This document shows, piece after piece, positions 11,534-21,648 of a stretch of DNA of 64,000 bases. Origin of the DNA: an uncultured Nitrososphaeraceae archaeon (GTDB taxonomy: Archaea > Thermoproteota > Nitrososphaeria > Nitrososphaerales > Nitrososphaeraceae); assembly GCA_963825865.1 (NCBI GenBank), contig CAWGVG010000057.1:47535-111534 (forward strand), read 5' to 3'. Every line of letters begins with the position of its first letter. Positions within the stretch are counted from its first letter, which is position 1. The notes beneath the pieces are model-generated. The model was given only the letters and a program-made list of their open reading frames with translations. It ran no database searches and was not told where the DNA came from. A program made the translations under genes and the position numbers.

Positions 11534-11687
11534 TGATAAAACCCGTTTGTTCTAGGATCTTGACTCTATTTACGACATTATAAAAAACAATTCGAGTTTA
11601 CTAAATACATGATACCACGTGAAATAGAAAAGAGTCTACCTGACCATTTGATTTAAATAATTGTACCTAACATTTTTAGATGCTTTT

Positions 11688-12116
11688 ATGACTAAGGATG
11701 TGCGGCGAAACTCACATTTCAGGATTATGTTTGTTGATGATGAGAAAGATATATTATCTACTATTAAAAGAGGTCTAGAATCAAATACTACTTTCAAAGT
11801 TGATACATTCTCTAGTGGCGAATCAGCTTTGCAGGCTTTTGAAAACCATGTTGAAAACTATTATGATCTAGTCATTACTGATATTAGAATGCCTAAAATG
11901 AGTGGTTTTGAATTATATCGTCGTATCAAAGAGAAGAATTCATCGATGAAGATTGCATTTATTACAGCATTTGAAATAAACAAAGAGGAATTTAGCAAGG
12001 TTATGCCATCTGTTAATGTAATCGATTTTATAAGCAAACCACTCAGTGTATCGAATTTGATAACAAAATTGAAGTCAATGCTAGCAAGCTATCCAACAAG
12101 TCGTGCTACTATATAG
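11688..12116 (+). CDS. Single-domain response regulator receiver (CheY-like)
   Basis: VDDE, DLVITDIRMP, ITA and KP motifs. Confidence 0.93.
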   Translation: MTKDVRRNSHFRIMFVDDEKDILSTIKRGLESNTTFKVDTFSSGESALQAFENHVENYYDLVITDIRMPKMSGFELYRRIKEKNSSMKIAFITAFEINKEEFSKVMPSVNVIDFISKPLSVSNLITKLKSMLASYPTSRATI

Positions 12117-12329
12117 TAATATCACATTTATAAGCCTGAAATTTGTAAAATTTTACAAATGTTATTATTAGGACATATCTATAGAAAGGGAATTCTGGCG
12201 TTAAAACTCAAACTGAAAGCACGAGCGGAGATTCAAAATACATCTTTAGTTAGCACGTTTGAAATATTTTTCATGTTCAGGTTCTACTTGTATAGTTGCA
12301 TGATTTATACTGTAACGCTCTGACAAAAC

Positions 12330-12520
12330 CTTGTTAATCATGTGTACTGCCATGTTTGATCGACTTAACGTATGGTCAATACATGAAGATCATGTACATC
12401 AATTACTTTTTTTTATTGAACTTTATTTCTTGAATGTTTACTTCCAACTGTGCTCCTTCAAGCAAGATATAGTTCCATTTACAATACTGTATCCGTTTCT
12501 CGCAATAAGCCCTGCATGAT
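12330..12520 (-). pseudogene. Relic of a cation diffusion facilitator (ZitB/CzcD-like) C-terminal domain
   Basis: Minus strand reads KKVIDVHDLHV(L)TI (about 12371-12412), the CDF VHDLHVW signature, within stop-ridden sequence. Confidence 0.5.
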
Positions 12521-12795
12521 CATGATCTTAAAAATGGTCTACAGATGCTTCGTGTGGTAGAAGATCCCTCTATCTGTGAAGATCCAGACAGCGAATATAT
12601 TGTGAAGACCCTCATAAGATGATGGTCAACGATAACCATAGCCCACTATAAAGCTAGTTAGTATATATCGACAACCATCGAATATGGTAGGAATAATGGT
12701 TGTAATAAATTAGCAATAGAATGAAGGTTTTTATATGTGTGGGTCGATGTCACGGGCCTTGTTCTTATATTATCGTCATCATTTTTTCCCGCGTT

Positions 12796-13035
12796 CTATT
12801 CTTGACCTTCAATTACAATCAGAGTTAGCGTTGATTTGATTTTATCAATTCTTCTTATACGCCAGGTAATAGTTTCTTTTAGTTTGTCCATTGCATCTGT
12901 ACTAACCTTTACGAGTAAGTCGTAAACGCCATATGTGCCATAAACCTCCACCACTTCCTGCAATTCCTCAAGTTCATTAATAATCTCTTCCTCAAAGCCA
13001 AAATCACAATTGATTAAGACGTATGCTGTTGCCAT
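12796..13035 (-). CDS. Lrp/AsnC ligand-binding (stand-alone RAM) domain protein
   Basis: AYVLIN...VYGTYGVYDLLVKV...IRRIDKIKSTLTLIV. Confidence 0.9.
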   Translation of the reverse strand: MATAYVLINCDFGFEEEIINELEELQEVVEVYGTYGVYDLLVKVSTDAMDKLKETITWRIRRIDKIKSTLTLIVIEGQE

Positions 13036-13410
13036 AATGTATATGTTGTTATAGGAATCAATGGTAATAACCATTATGAATTGGCTTATACAGATAAACC
13101 ATATGGTGGTATCAATGAATAATATATCTATAATAGTAATAACAGACTCATTGATGAAAACAATCTTAATTAAATCTGAAATGAATTTTCTTGCCTTATG
13201 AGGTGGCTTTAGGATTATTTTGTTAATTCAATCAAGCCAAGTTATGAGTTTAATCTTACATTCCTTTCTTGAATATCTAAATCTTTTTTGTCATAGCAGA
13301 CTTGATTACATTATGTTCTAACGTATTCACTTGTGATTGGGATTATTCCCACTAGTCATTGATTAGAAATTGTTTATATTGTCAACCGTTCAAATATAGC
13401 TGCTGGGCTT

Positions 13411-14268
13411 TTGAACGAGATTCTGGAGATAAGTAATATTAAGAAGTATTTTCTTGTTAAAAAGAACTTTCGCGAGATCTTTCACTTAACTGAACGGCAG
13501 TACATCAAAGCAGTAGATGATGTAAGTTTCACGATTGAGAAAGGAAGAGTTTTTGTTCTTGCTGGAGGATCTGGTTCTGGCAAGACTACTTTGGCTAGGT
13601 TAATTCTGCGTGCAATTGAGCCAGACAGTGGATCCATAATATTCAATGGAGAAGATATTACGAAAAATACTGATAACAAATTAAGAAAATTTCGTACAAA
13701 TGTTCAAATGATACATCAGGATCCATTCACATCGCTAAATCCTCGTATGAAAATAATGGACATAGTCATGGAGCCGTTGAATATTCATGATAAACAAAAT
13801 TCAAAATGTGAACGAAGAGAAAAAGTATTGAGATCTTTAGAGAATGTACGGTTAGAACCTGCTGGAGATATTGCTGAAAAATTTCCACATATGCTTTCTG
13901 GAGGTCAGAGACAGAGAGTAGCCTTAGCAAGATCACTAGTTCTCAAACCAAAATTAGTTATAGCAGATGAGCCTGTTTCGAATCTCGACGTCTCTGTAAG
14001 AGCTGAAATATTAGATCTTATGAAAAATTTGAAAGACAGATTCCAAATTTCTTTCCTTTATATTACACATGATCTTTCTACATCTAGGTATATTGGTGAC
14101 GATATAGCAATAATGTATGCAGGTAAAATAGTTGAGATGGGGCACATAGATCAAGTTTTACTAAATCCACTTCATCCTTATACACAGGCATTAATTGATG
14201 CGATTCCCGACCCTGATCCTGATAATTCGCAAAGAGAAAAAATATCTATATCGGGCAAGGAAAAGTAA
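13411..14268 (+). CDS. Oligopeptide/dipeptide-type ABC transporter ATP-binding subunit (OppF/DppF-like)
   Basis: GGSGSGKT, QDPFTSLNP, LSGGQRQR, ADEP, ITHDL and HPYT motifs. Confidence 0.95.
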   Translation: MNEILEISNIKKYFLVKKNFREIFHLTERQYIKAVDDVSFTIEKGRVFVLAGGSGSGKTTLARLILRAIEPDSGSIIFNGEDITKNTDNKLRKFRTNVQMIHQDPFTSLNPRMKIMDIVMEPLNIHDKQNSKCERREKVLRSLENVRLEPAGDIAEKFPHMLSGGQRQRVALARSLVLKPKLVIADEPVSNLDVSVRAEILDLMKNLKDRFQISFLYITHDLSTSRYIGDDIAIMYAGKIVEMGHIDQVLLNPLHPYTQALIDAIPDPDPDNSQREKISISGKEK

Positions 14269-14541
14269 CATACATAGCAGTTGTATGTCTTGTTATAAAT
14301 GAATATATGCAAAAACCATCCTAACTATCATGTAAAACAACCACTATATCTCATTTGCATTCAGATTCCTTTAACAGAGATTTCCATTTTAGTGTTGTTA
14401 GAATATAATGTTCATATAAAAGAACTTTTTATTATTTTTGACTTTACACAAATACCACTATTTTAATATATTTTTGGAGTGCATATGGTATGCTACTGCT
14501 ACTTTATATCATAGTCAACAAAAATGGCAGTAAGACTGTAG

Positions 14542-15147
14542 TTATTTTGAATTGGTTCCTATTGTTAGTACTTCCAGATTCTTTTTCATATCACGAACTG
14601 CCTTTTTCAATTCATGGATGTCTTTTAATATTTCATCTACTTCGCTCCTTGTAGGAAGATTCAAAATTTCGAAATTCTTTTCAGCAATATTCTGCAGATG
14701 TTTTAACAGATCAAGCTGACTACTAGTTACTTTGCTATTTGTAACTGCAAAGTTCTTGGAACCAAATAATTCTGTAAAGGCATTCTCAAATGCATCTATT
14801 GCAACCATTCTATAATTTTCAAAATCTTCTTTTGAATTGTTGTATTGTTTAGGCGCTCGCTGGGAAACTTCTTTCATAGCCTGTAAATAAGCGTTATTCA
14901 TTTCAACATGGTATTCTTTAAGATTAATTTGTAACTGGATCAGAGTTTGGCCTACGTTGAAGAGTTCCTGCGCATAAGAGATAAAATCTTTTGAAAAGGC
15001 TTGAAAAGGACCAACTGTAGGCAGTTTAATCAATTCTAACCAACCGTTAAATATTTTTTTTATCTGTTCTTGTTGTTTGCTGAAATCAGACTCGGATTTA
15101 CTTTGTAACTGTTTATCATCATCATTGATGGTATCTCCCATAATCAT
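14542..15147 (-). CDS. phaE: Polyhydroxyalkanoate synthase subunit PhaE (class III)
   Basis: Helical protein with the PhaE C-terminal signature LNLPTRSEVDEIxxxIHELKK. Confidence 0.8.
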   Translation of the reverse strand: MIMGDTINDDDKQLQSKSESDFSKQQEQIKKIFNGWLELIKLPTVGPFQAFSKDFISYAQELFNVGQTLIQLQINLKEYHVEMNNAYLQAMKEVSQRAPKQYNNSKEDFENYRMVAIDAFENAFTELFGSKNFAVTNSKVTSSQLDLLKHLQNIAEKNFEILNLPTRSEVDEILKDIHELKKAVRDMKKNLEVLTIGTNSK

Positions 15148-15290
15148 TTAGTTATTATATTTGTTAAAAAGATTACAATAAGGTACACGAGCAAGTTCTT
15201 TTGCTTTATAAAAATTCGACACTATTCCGCTTTTTTCAGCCTTTTTAAATAATAAGTATTTAGTTTATTTTTAATATATCTCTGAACCTT

Positions 15291-15406
15291 TTACTTCCCC
15301 AATATTCGTTCTATGGTTTCGTGGCCGGTTGATTTTTATGATCCTTTGCCATTTCCTTATCTATGAATTCCTTATTGCAAGGTAAGCAGTAGTGAGCCTC
15401 CTTCAT
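15291..15406 (-). CDS. Unannotated ~38-aa C2H2 zinc-finger microprotein (one A missing in a homopolymer)
   Basis: MKEAHYCLPCNKEFIDKEMAKDHK/KSTGHETIERILGK*, with AGGAGT just upstream of the ATG. Confidence 0.7.
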
Positions 15407-15980
15407 AATTACTCCTAATGTACTCTAAATATTAAAAAAGTTTTAGAAAGCGAAAGAGATTTTGAAAAATACGCTATAATATATAGAGGAATAGATTGAC
15501 ATTGTTAAGGTCATCCAAGAAACTTCGATTGGGATTTAAAACATTATTAATTACATGCATAGCTTCTTAACAAGCAGCGATCAATTACTATGAAAAATTA
15601 AGAACTTTTTTTATTTTGATTAATAATCTATACCCATAAATTATCCTATATGATAATTAAGAGATTCGAATTTTGTTTGGTATAGACGCCGTAGCTCTAA
15701 TTAGTAGAACTTTTTATCTGGATTCTTTATGTTGATACGTCTAACAATTTCTCTATATTCTCTTCATGTTCTTCGAATCTGGGTATTTATTTCAAGGTCC
15801 CGAGTAAACCGTTTTTACTATAACTTGTACAAAATTTTGTATTATCTCACGGTCAACAAAGGTTACAAACAAACCTTTTGAATTGTTGGCTGAAGGCTTG
15901 TTTGAATCATTATAACTCATAACGTTGCTTAAGAGAAGTAGAATCTGACTATTTTTTCTATTCTATGCTTTTGCATTAGA

Positions 15981-18900
15981 TTAAGTTTCTGTAAGTGGCT
16001 CTTGCTTAGGATGCCTATACCTCACAATCTGTGACATCCCTTCTTTAGGATATACACCATAAATCATGTGTGCTTTACCTACGCTGGTATCTTTTAAAGT
16101 AACCATGATTATCTGATTATCTTTTGAACGCATCAATAAGACTTTCGACAATCTTTCATTATTTTCAGTATCAAGATGTGCGTCAACCTCATCCATCAGA
16201 TAGAATGGTGATGGTTTCAATGATTGGAGTGCTAAGAGAAAAATTGTAGCAGCCATGGTTTTCTCCCCACCAGATAATGCCCTAGATTCGCGACCAGATT
16301 TTCCAGGGAATTGGACCATTAACGTTATACCGCCTGAAAATACGTCATCTATACTCTCTATTTCTAACCAAGCTATTCCGCCTGTAACTTCTGAAAATGT
16401 CTTTCGTATATCATTGTCAACTTTATTGAATGCATCCATGAAAACACCTTTCTTTTCTTTGACAATTTCTTCTATGAAAATAACAATCGAATTGCGTTCA
16501 CTTTCCAGTTGGTTCTTTCTATTTGACATGCCCCTATATCCCTCTATTACTTGAACATAACTTTCGTGGGCACGCAAGTTAATTTGGGTCTTTAATATTT
16601 CATACTCGTCAGTTAGTTCCTTGATAACCATATCAACATCAAACGCTTCCATCAAATCTTTGTACCCTAACCAATGCAGATCGCTGGTAAGACGTGATTC
16701 CTGGGAAGTAATATCCAAAATATCCCTTCGATATACTGCATTCTCCCTCTCAATACTATTATATTCTTTAGAGACTTTTCTCTCATTTTCTGTTAGTTGT
16801 TTTATTTTTTGCTCATATACTTGTAAAACGCTATACGATGTACCTGAAGAGTCTATTATTTGTTGTTCTTGATCTCTCAATATTTTGATCTCTGCTTCAA
16901 TTGATTCTAATTTAGTTTGTAATTCATTTGATAAATCGCTCCTTTGTTTGAGCTCAACTTTTAATTCCTCATTCTCATCATCCATTCCTCTTACACGCTG
17001 TAAGCTAATTTCAATTTCGTTGTTCAGTGCTATGGAAGAGGTCGTTATCTGACGTAATTCGATATTTATTCTCTCTATAGATCTCAAAATCTCGTTCTTT
17101 TTCATATTTATTTGAGCAAATTCGTTTCTGACAACAGTATCGTCAATACTTTGCAGCCTTTCTGCTACTCTCTTAATGGTGGGCATTAGTATTGACATAC
17201 GTCTCTGATGTTTCTCTAAATCATGAAGAAGAGATCTGTACTCTGATTGAACTGATGATTTATTCAAAACAAGTTGCTCTAATGTTCTTTTTGCTTGATC
17301 TTTCGACTTAACTGTAACAGAATTTTCGAGAATTATACTGTCAATTTTTGCTAGTATTTTGATTTTCTCAAATTCTGCGTTATTGATTTTTAAGGTATTC
17401 TCGTTGAGATCACAACTCTTATTTTCAATCAATGTTTTTAATGTTGTTAATGAACATCTTAGGGCATCTACTGAATTACTAAGAAGTATTGCCTTTGTCA
17501 GGTCTGAAATTTTGGATCCAAAATCTAGTGATGTCGATCCTCCAAATGGTTCAAAGAGCATGCCATTAATCGACACCGCTCTATATCCTTCTTTTGCCAA
17601 CATGTATGCAGCACTAGACTTCTTTACAAGGATTGTATTGCCAAATAAAAAATCTGGCAGATTCTTATAATCTGAGTATACAAAATTAGCAAGATTGCCC
17701 ACTATGTTCACATCATCATTTGAAACGTAGGACCTTTTGCCCCGACTGACAATATCCAGAGGAATAATTTTAAGACGTGGCAATTTCTTTCTTTTTGCGT
17801 ATTCTGCAAGTGAAATCATGGATTTTATATCATCGACCACAAATGCTTTCATCCATTCTGATCCTGCCGCTAGGACTGACCTTTCATAGTTTTTATCCCA
17901 TTTTATTGTATTATGAACTAGTCCTTTAATTCCAAATTCTTCTGAATCTTTCATCAATTCTGCAATAGCAAAGTCTTCGTTCATAGCATTCTTTGCAATA
18001 TTCACTTTTGTCTCATATTTTACAGTTAAGTTTTCTGCCCTGTCCAAAAGCTTCAATGAGTTTGCCAGCTCCTTTTCAAGAATGATTTTTGTTTTTTTTG
18101 AATTTTCAATAAATTTTACTGCAGCATCCAATTTCGTCTTTTCTAATTCTGTCGTTTTCCTATGATCAGCAATTATTATTTCGCTTTCATCAATTTCAGT
18201 TTTTAAAGATAAAATCTCTGATTCATTAAACTTGTTTTTATCACTGTTTATTTTTAGTTTTTCTTCCAACCTTGCTATTGAAATGTCAATGTCATTCTTA
18301 ATTATGGATAACCGTTTATATCGATCTTCTTGTTTTCTTTTGACATTATTATATTTTGACGTTCTAGCAGTCAGTATGTCTATTTGAGAATTGACTCTCT
18401 CTAATTCATATTGTAAAATTGATATCTTGTCTGATCTATCATTAGTAATACTTTGCTTTTGTTCTATTCCTGAACGCAAACTTTCTAATTTTCGAATAAT
18501 GTTCTGCTTATCTGTATCTATTACATGAATTCTCTTTTCAATGTGCAGAAAGCGCTGTTGTGATTCCTTTAGCATTGCTTTCTTTCTTTCAGATTCGTAT
18601 ACTATTCTCGTTATTTTAGTCCCGATTTGCGCTTTAGCTTTATTTTCAACATCCATTTTTTCAATAAATATGCTCTTTTCAGACTCGATCTTTTCAATTT
18701 GTAAATGAAGTTCCTCTATCTGTTTAGATAATTCTGATGAACGTACAGTGTTGGAATCTAAAATTTTTTTTTGAAATTCTAGTTTATTTCTGATTGTCCT
18801 TATGCTATTAGAAATCGAGACTGCTTTGAACCTCTTTATCTCAGATTCTAACTGCTCATACCTTAACTGGCCATTTCTTTCGGCTTCTAACTCATCAATT

Positions 18901-19505
18901 CGTTTTCGGATTTCACCCATTCTTGCAAGGGCTACTTCAAGACGACGATCGGATTCCTCTAATTGCTTTAGAGCTTCCGCTTTCTTATCATCAAAATATG
19001 AGAGTCCGATAATGTCTTCGATAATCTTTCTGCGTTCTTCTGGGTTTAATTCAGATATACGGGTTATCATTCCCTGTTGAACAATATTCATCTTGTTTGG
19101 GGAGGCAAGAACAATTTCCAGTAATTCCACGATAGTGGTTTTCGATACTTTTTTACCGTTAAGATAATACTGACTATCACCTGTTTGCCCTTCCATCTCT
19201 CTAGTTAGACTTACAGAATCAGAATCTACAGGAATTGTCCTATCTGAATTATCAAAAGTTAAACAGACACGAATGAGTCTATGAGATCTATTTTGACTGT
19301 CATGGAATAACGATTGAAATTTATCAACACGTAATGCTTTGGGACTATTCTCACCTACGGCGAACATTATGGCATCCAATATGTTGCTTTTTCCGGAGCC
19401 GTTAGGACCTGTAACTGCAACAAGTCCTTTCTCAAGGTTTATCACAGTATTCTTAAAACCAAATGACTTGAAACCATAAATTTCAAGCTTTTTAATGTAT
19501 ACCAA
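15981..19505 (-). CDS. smc: Chromosome segregation protein SMC
   Basis: 1174 aa; GFKSF, GPNGSGKSN, coiled coils, hinge, LSGGEK and DEVDAHLD. Confidence 0.98.
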   Translation of the reverse strand: MVYIKKLEIYGFKSFGFKNTVINLEKGLVAVTGPNGSGKSNILDAIMFAVGENSPKALRVDKFQSLFHDSQNRSHRLIRVCLTFDNSDRTIPVDSDSVSLTREMEGQTGDSQYYLNGKKVSKTTIVELLEIVLASPNKMNIVQQGMITRISELNPEERRKIIEDIIGLSYFDDKKAEALKQLEESDRRLEVALARMGEIRKRIDELEAERNGQLRYEQLESEIKRFKAVSISNSIRTIRNKLEFQKKILDSNTVRSSELSKQIEELHLQIEKIESEKSIFIEKMDVENKAKAQIGTKITRIVYESERKKAMLKESQQRFLHIEKRIHVIDTDKQNIIRKLESLRSGIEQKQSITNDRSDKISILQYELERVNSQIDILTARTSKYNNVKRKQEDRYKRLSIIKNDIDISIARLEEKLKINSDKNKFNESEILSLKTEIDESEIIIADHRKTTELEKTKLDAAVKFIENSKKTKIILEKELANSLKLLDRAENLTVKYETKVNIAKNAMNEDFAIAELMKDSEEFGIKGLVHNTIKWDKNYERSVLAAGSEWMKAFVVDDIKSMISLAEYAKRKKLPRLKIIPLDIVSRGKRSYVSNDDVNIVGNLANFVYSDYKNLPDFLFGNTILVKKSSAAYMLAKEGYRAVSINGMLFEPFGGSTSLDFGSKISDLTKAILLSNSVDALRCSLTTLKTLIENKSCDLNENTLKINNAEFEKIKILAKIDSIILENSVTVKSKDQAKRTLEQLVLNKSSVQSEYRSLLHDLEKHQRRMSILMPTIKRVAERLQSIDDTVVRNEFAQINMKKNEILRSIERINIELRQITTSSIALNNEIEISLQRVRGMDDENEELKVELKQRSDLSNELQTKLESIEAEIKILRDQEQQIIDSSGTSYSVLQVYEQKIKQLTENERKVSKEYNSIERENAVYRRDILDITSQESRLTSDLHWLGYKDLMEAFDVDMVIKELTDEYEILKTQINLRAHESYVQVIEGYRGMSNRKNQLESERNSIVIFIEEIVKEKKGVFMDAFNKVDNDIRKTFSEVTGGIAWLEIESIDDVFSGGITLMVQFPGKSGRESRALSGGEKTMAATIFLLALQSLKPSPFYLMDEVDAHLDTENNERLSKVLLMRSKDNQIIMVTLKDTSVGKAHMIYGVYPKEGMSQIVRYRHPKQEPLTET

Positions 19506-19588
19506 TGAGTATTAAAATTGAGAATACCAAATGTTAGTTATATATTTAGAGCACAATCTATCTTGATTTTTTATAATAAATTTTTAGT

Positions 19589-20662
19589 CTATCGCTCCCG
19601 TTTGCCTTCTATAAACTGTACGAAATTTGTTTTTGCTTGTGAGTATGGCATCTGGATAGGGGGATGCTTAAAACAGTATGCAGAAATACTTTCCAGTGGA
19701 CCAGAAATACCCCTGTCAATAGCTAATTTTGTTCCTCTTACTGCATCGATCATTACCCCTGCGCTATTGTAAGCGTCTACTACTCGAAGTTTAAGATCGA
19801 GGTCTACCGGTATATTACCAAAGTATTTCCCTTTAATAGAGATGTAACAAACTTTGTCATTTTCTAGAAATCCTACAAAATCGGATGGTCCAATACGCAT
19901 AGGCACTTGATATGGTGCCATTGCTGCTACTGCGCTTGTCTTACTGATTCTTTTATCTTCTAGCCGTTCCTCATCAAGCATATTGTAAAAGTCCATATCG
20001 CCACCTATATTAAGCTGATAAGTCTCATCTATCTTTACTCCTCTATCGACAAACAATTTTACTAGTGTTTTATGAAGTACGGTGGCCCCTAATTGGCTCA
20101 TTACATCATCTCCTGCGCACGCAAGACCTTTATCTTCAAATGCTTGTTGCCATTTTGGCATCGAGGCAATAAAAACAGGGATAGCGTTAATAAAACAAAC
20201 TCCGGCGTCTAGACATTGCTCAGCATAAAACTGAGTTGCCCGTCTACTGCCAACAGGCAAATAGTTAAGAAGAATCTCTGTATGAGTATCTTTTAGAATC
20301 TTTGCTATGTTAGTGGTAGCAACAAACTTATCAGATATCCTCACCTTTTCGCTATAATGCTTGCCGATGCCATCTAAAACTTCGCCCTTTTCTACTTTAA
20401 CATCCATTTTGTCAACATCAGAGATCTTGACTGTATTATTGGGTTTTGCAAAAATTGCTTCTGAAAGATCTTTCCCTACCTTAGAGTCTATGACGTCGAA
20501 GGCCGCAACAAATTCAACATCGCCGGGTTCAAGACCACCCAAATTGTAGGCAGTAATACCAACAGAATCTTCTTTATTGTTTTTATAATAATGAGTGCCT
20601 TGAATAAGAGCTGATGCACAATTTCCAACACCAGCAATAGCAACTCGAACTTTTTTATGCAT
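19589..20662 (-). CDS. ino1: myo-Inositol-1-phosphate synthase
   Basis: GVGNCAS, NYLPVGS, GDDVMSQLGAT, QLNIGGDMDF and SKT motifs. Confidence 0.95.
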   Translation of the reverse strand: MHKKVRVAIAGVGNCASALIQGTHYYKNNKEDSVGITAYNLGGLEPGDVEFVAAFDVIDSKVGKDLSEAIFAKPNNTVKISDVDKMDVKVEKGEVLDGIGKHYSEKVRISDKFVATTNIAKILKDTHTEILLNYLPVGSRRATQFYAEQCLDAGVCFINAIPVFIASMPKWQQAFEDKGLACAGDDVMSQLGATVLHKTLVKLFVDRGVKIDETYQLNIGGDMDFYNMLDEERLEDKRISKTSAVAAMAPYQVPMRIGPSDFVGFLENDKVCYISIKGKYFGNIPVDLDLKLRVVDAYNSAGVMIDAVRGTKLAIDRGISGPLESISAYCFKHPPIQMPYSQAKTNFVQFIEGKRER

Positions 20663-21020
20663 ATAACATGACTACCAATAGAGTCGATTTATATATTTAT
20701 GTGGAATAAATAGATCTATATGTATATCATTAAAATATTTCACTCTATATATTACACAATATGTAAATCATAGCAAGCTGAAGATTTGGCCGCATACTGC
20801 ATCTTGTCAGGAATCAGCAGTATGATTCCTGATAGTAAAATAGTTCTATACATAGAGTCTACCTATAATCTCGCATTAGTTGTAACATTGGCATTCTTGA
20901 TTGATTTTATGTATTATATTCTCTTAACGACAACGTACATCACTACTAGCTATGTGATTTATCGGGATCTATGTGTGAATCAGATTTTTCATAGATCCTG
21001 TAACATTTAACATCAATGAC

Positions 21021-21179
21021 TTATTTATCAATAGCAGAATCAATAAGCATTAGTATGTATTCTCTTGGTGTTATGTCTTTATCATGCTGATCTTTATACC
21101 TCTTACATATCTCTAAAAGATTATTGTATCTGTCTTCTTCTAGTACAAGTTTAATTTCATAGTGTTTTTTCTCTTCCAT
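21021..21179 (-). CDS. Small protein, possible ribbon-helix-helix DNA-binding protein
   Basis: MEEKKHYEIKLVLEEDRYNNLL...PREYILMLIDSAIDK has a strand-helix-helix pattern. Confidence 0.5.
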   Translation of the reverse strand: MEEKKHYEIKLVLEEDRYNNLLEICKRYKDQHDKDITPREYILMLIDSAIDK

Positions 21180-21648
21180 GTTTTCATATTGAGTAGGAAG
21201 GATTAAAATGATTATCATCTTTTATATAAAAAAGAAGATGGTGGAACAATGACATAAAAATCAAGGAAATTAAATTATATGCCACTATGAAGTTAAGCTT
21301 TCAGCTATAGATAGGCAAATTGTACGTCATGTAATGCTAAAAACCAAAATTGGATTAGATGAGAGATCTCATGATGAGCGTTCAACTTAATCGAATCAGT
21401 AAGAATTGGACGAAAAAGGCAAAAATTATAACATCACATATTTTGCGTTTAAAAATGATAAATGATTATCTGTTTGAAATATAGATATAAGAATTGTTAA
21501 GAAATAAGATGGAACACTACTCATTTGATATACAAAAATTTCTTATAGAATAATGATTGAGCATCATTCTAACTTAAAGGATAAAAAGTTTCAAAACCTT
21601 TGGGACTCACCAGTTTAATGTATATTCAGTATGTTTATTTTTTTATGT

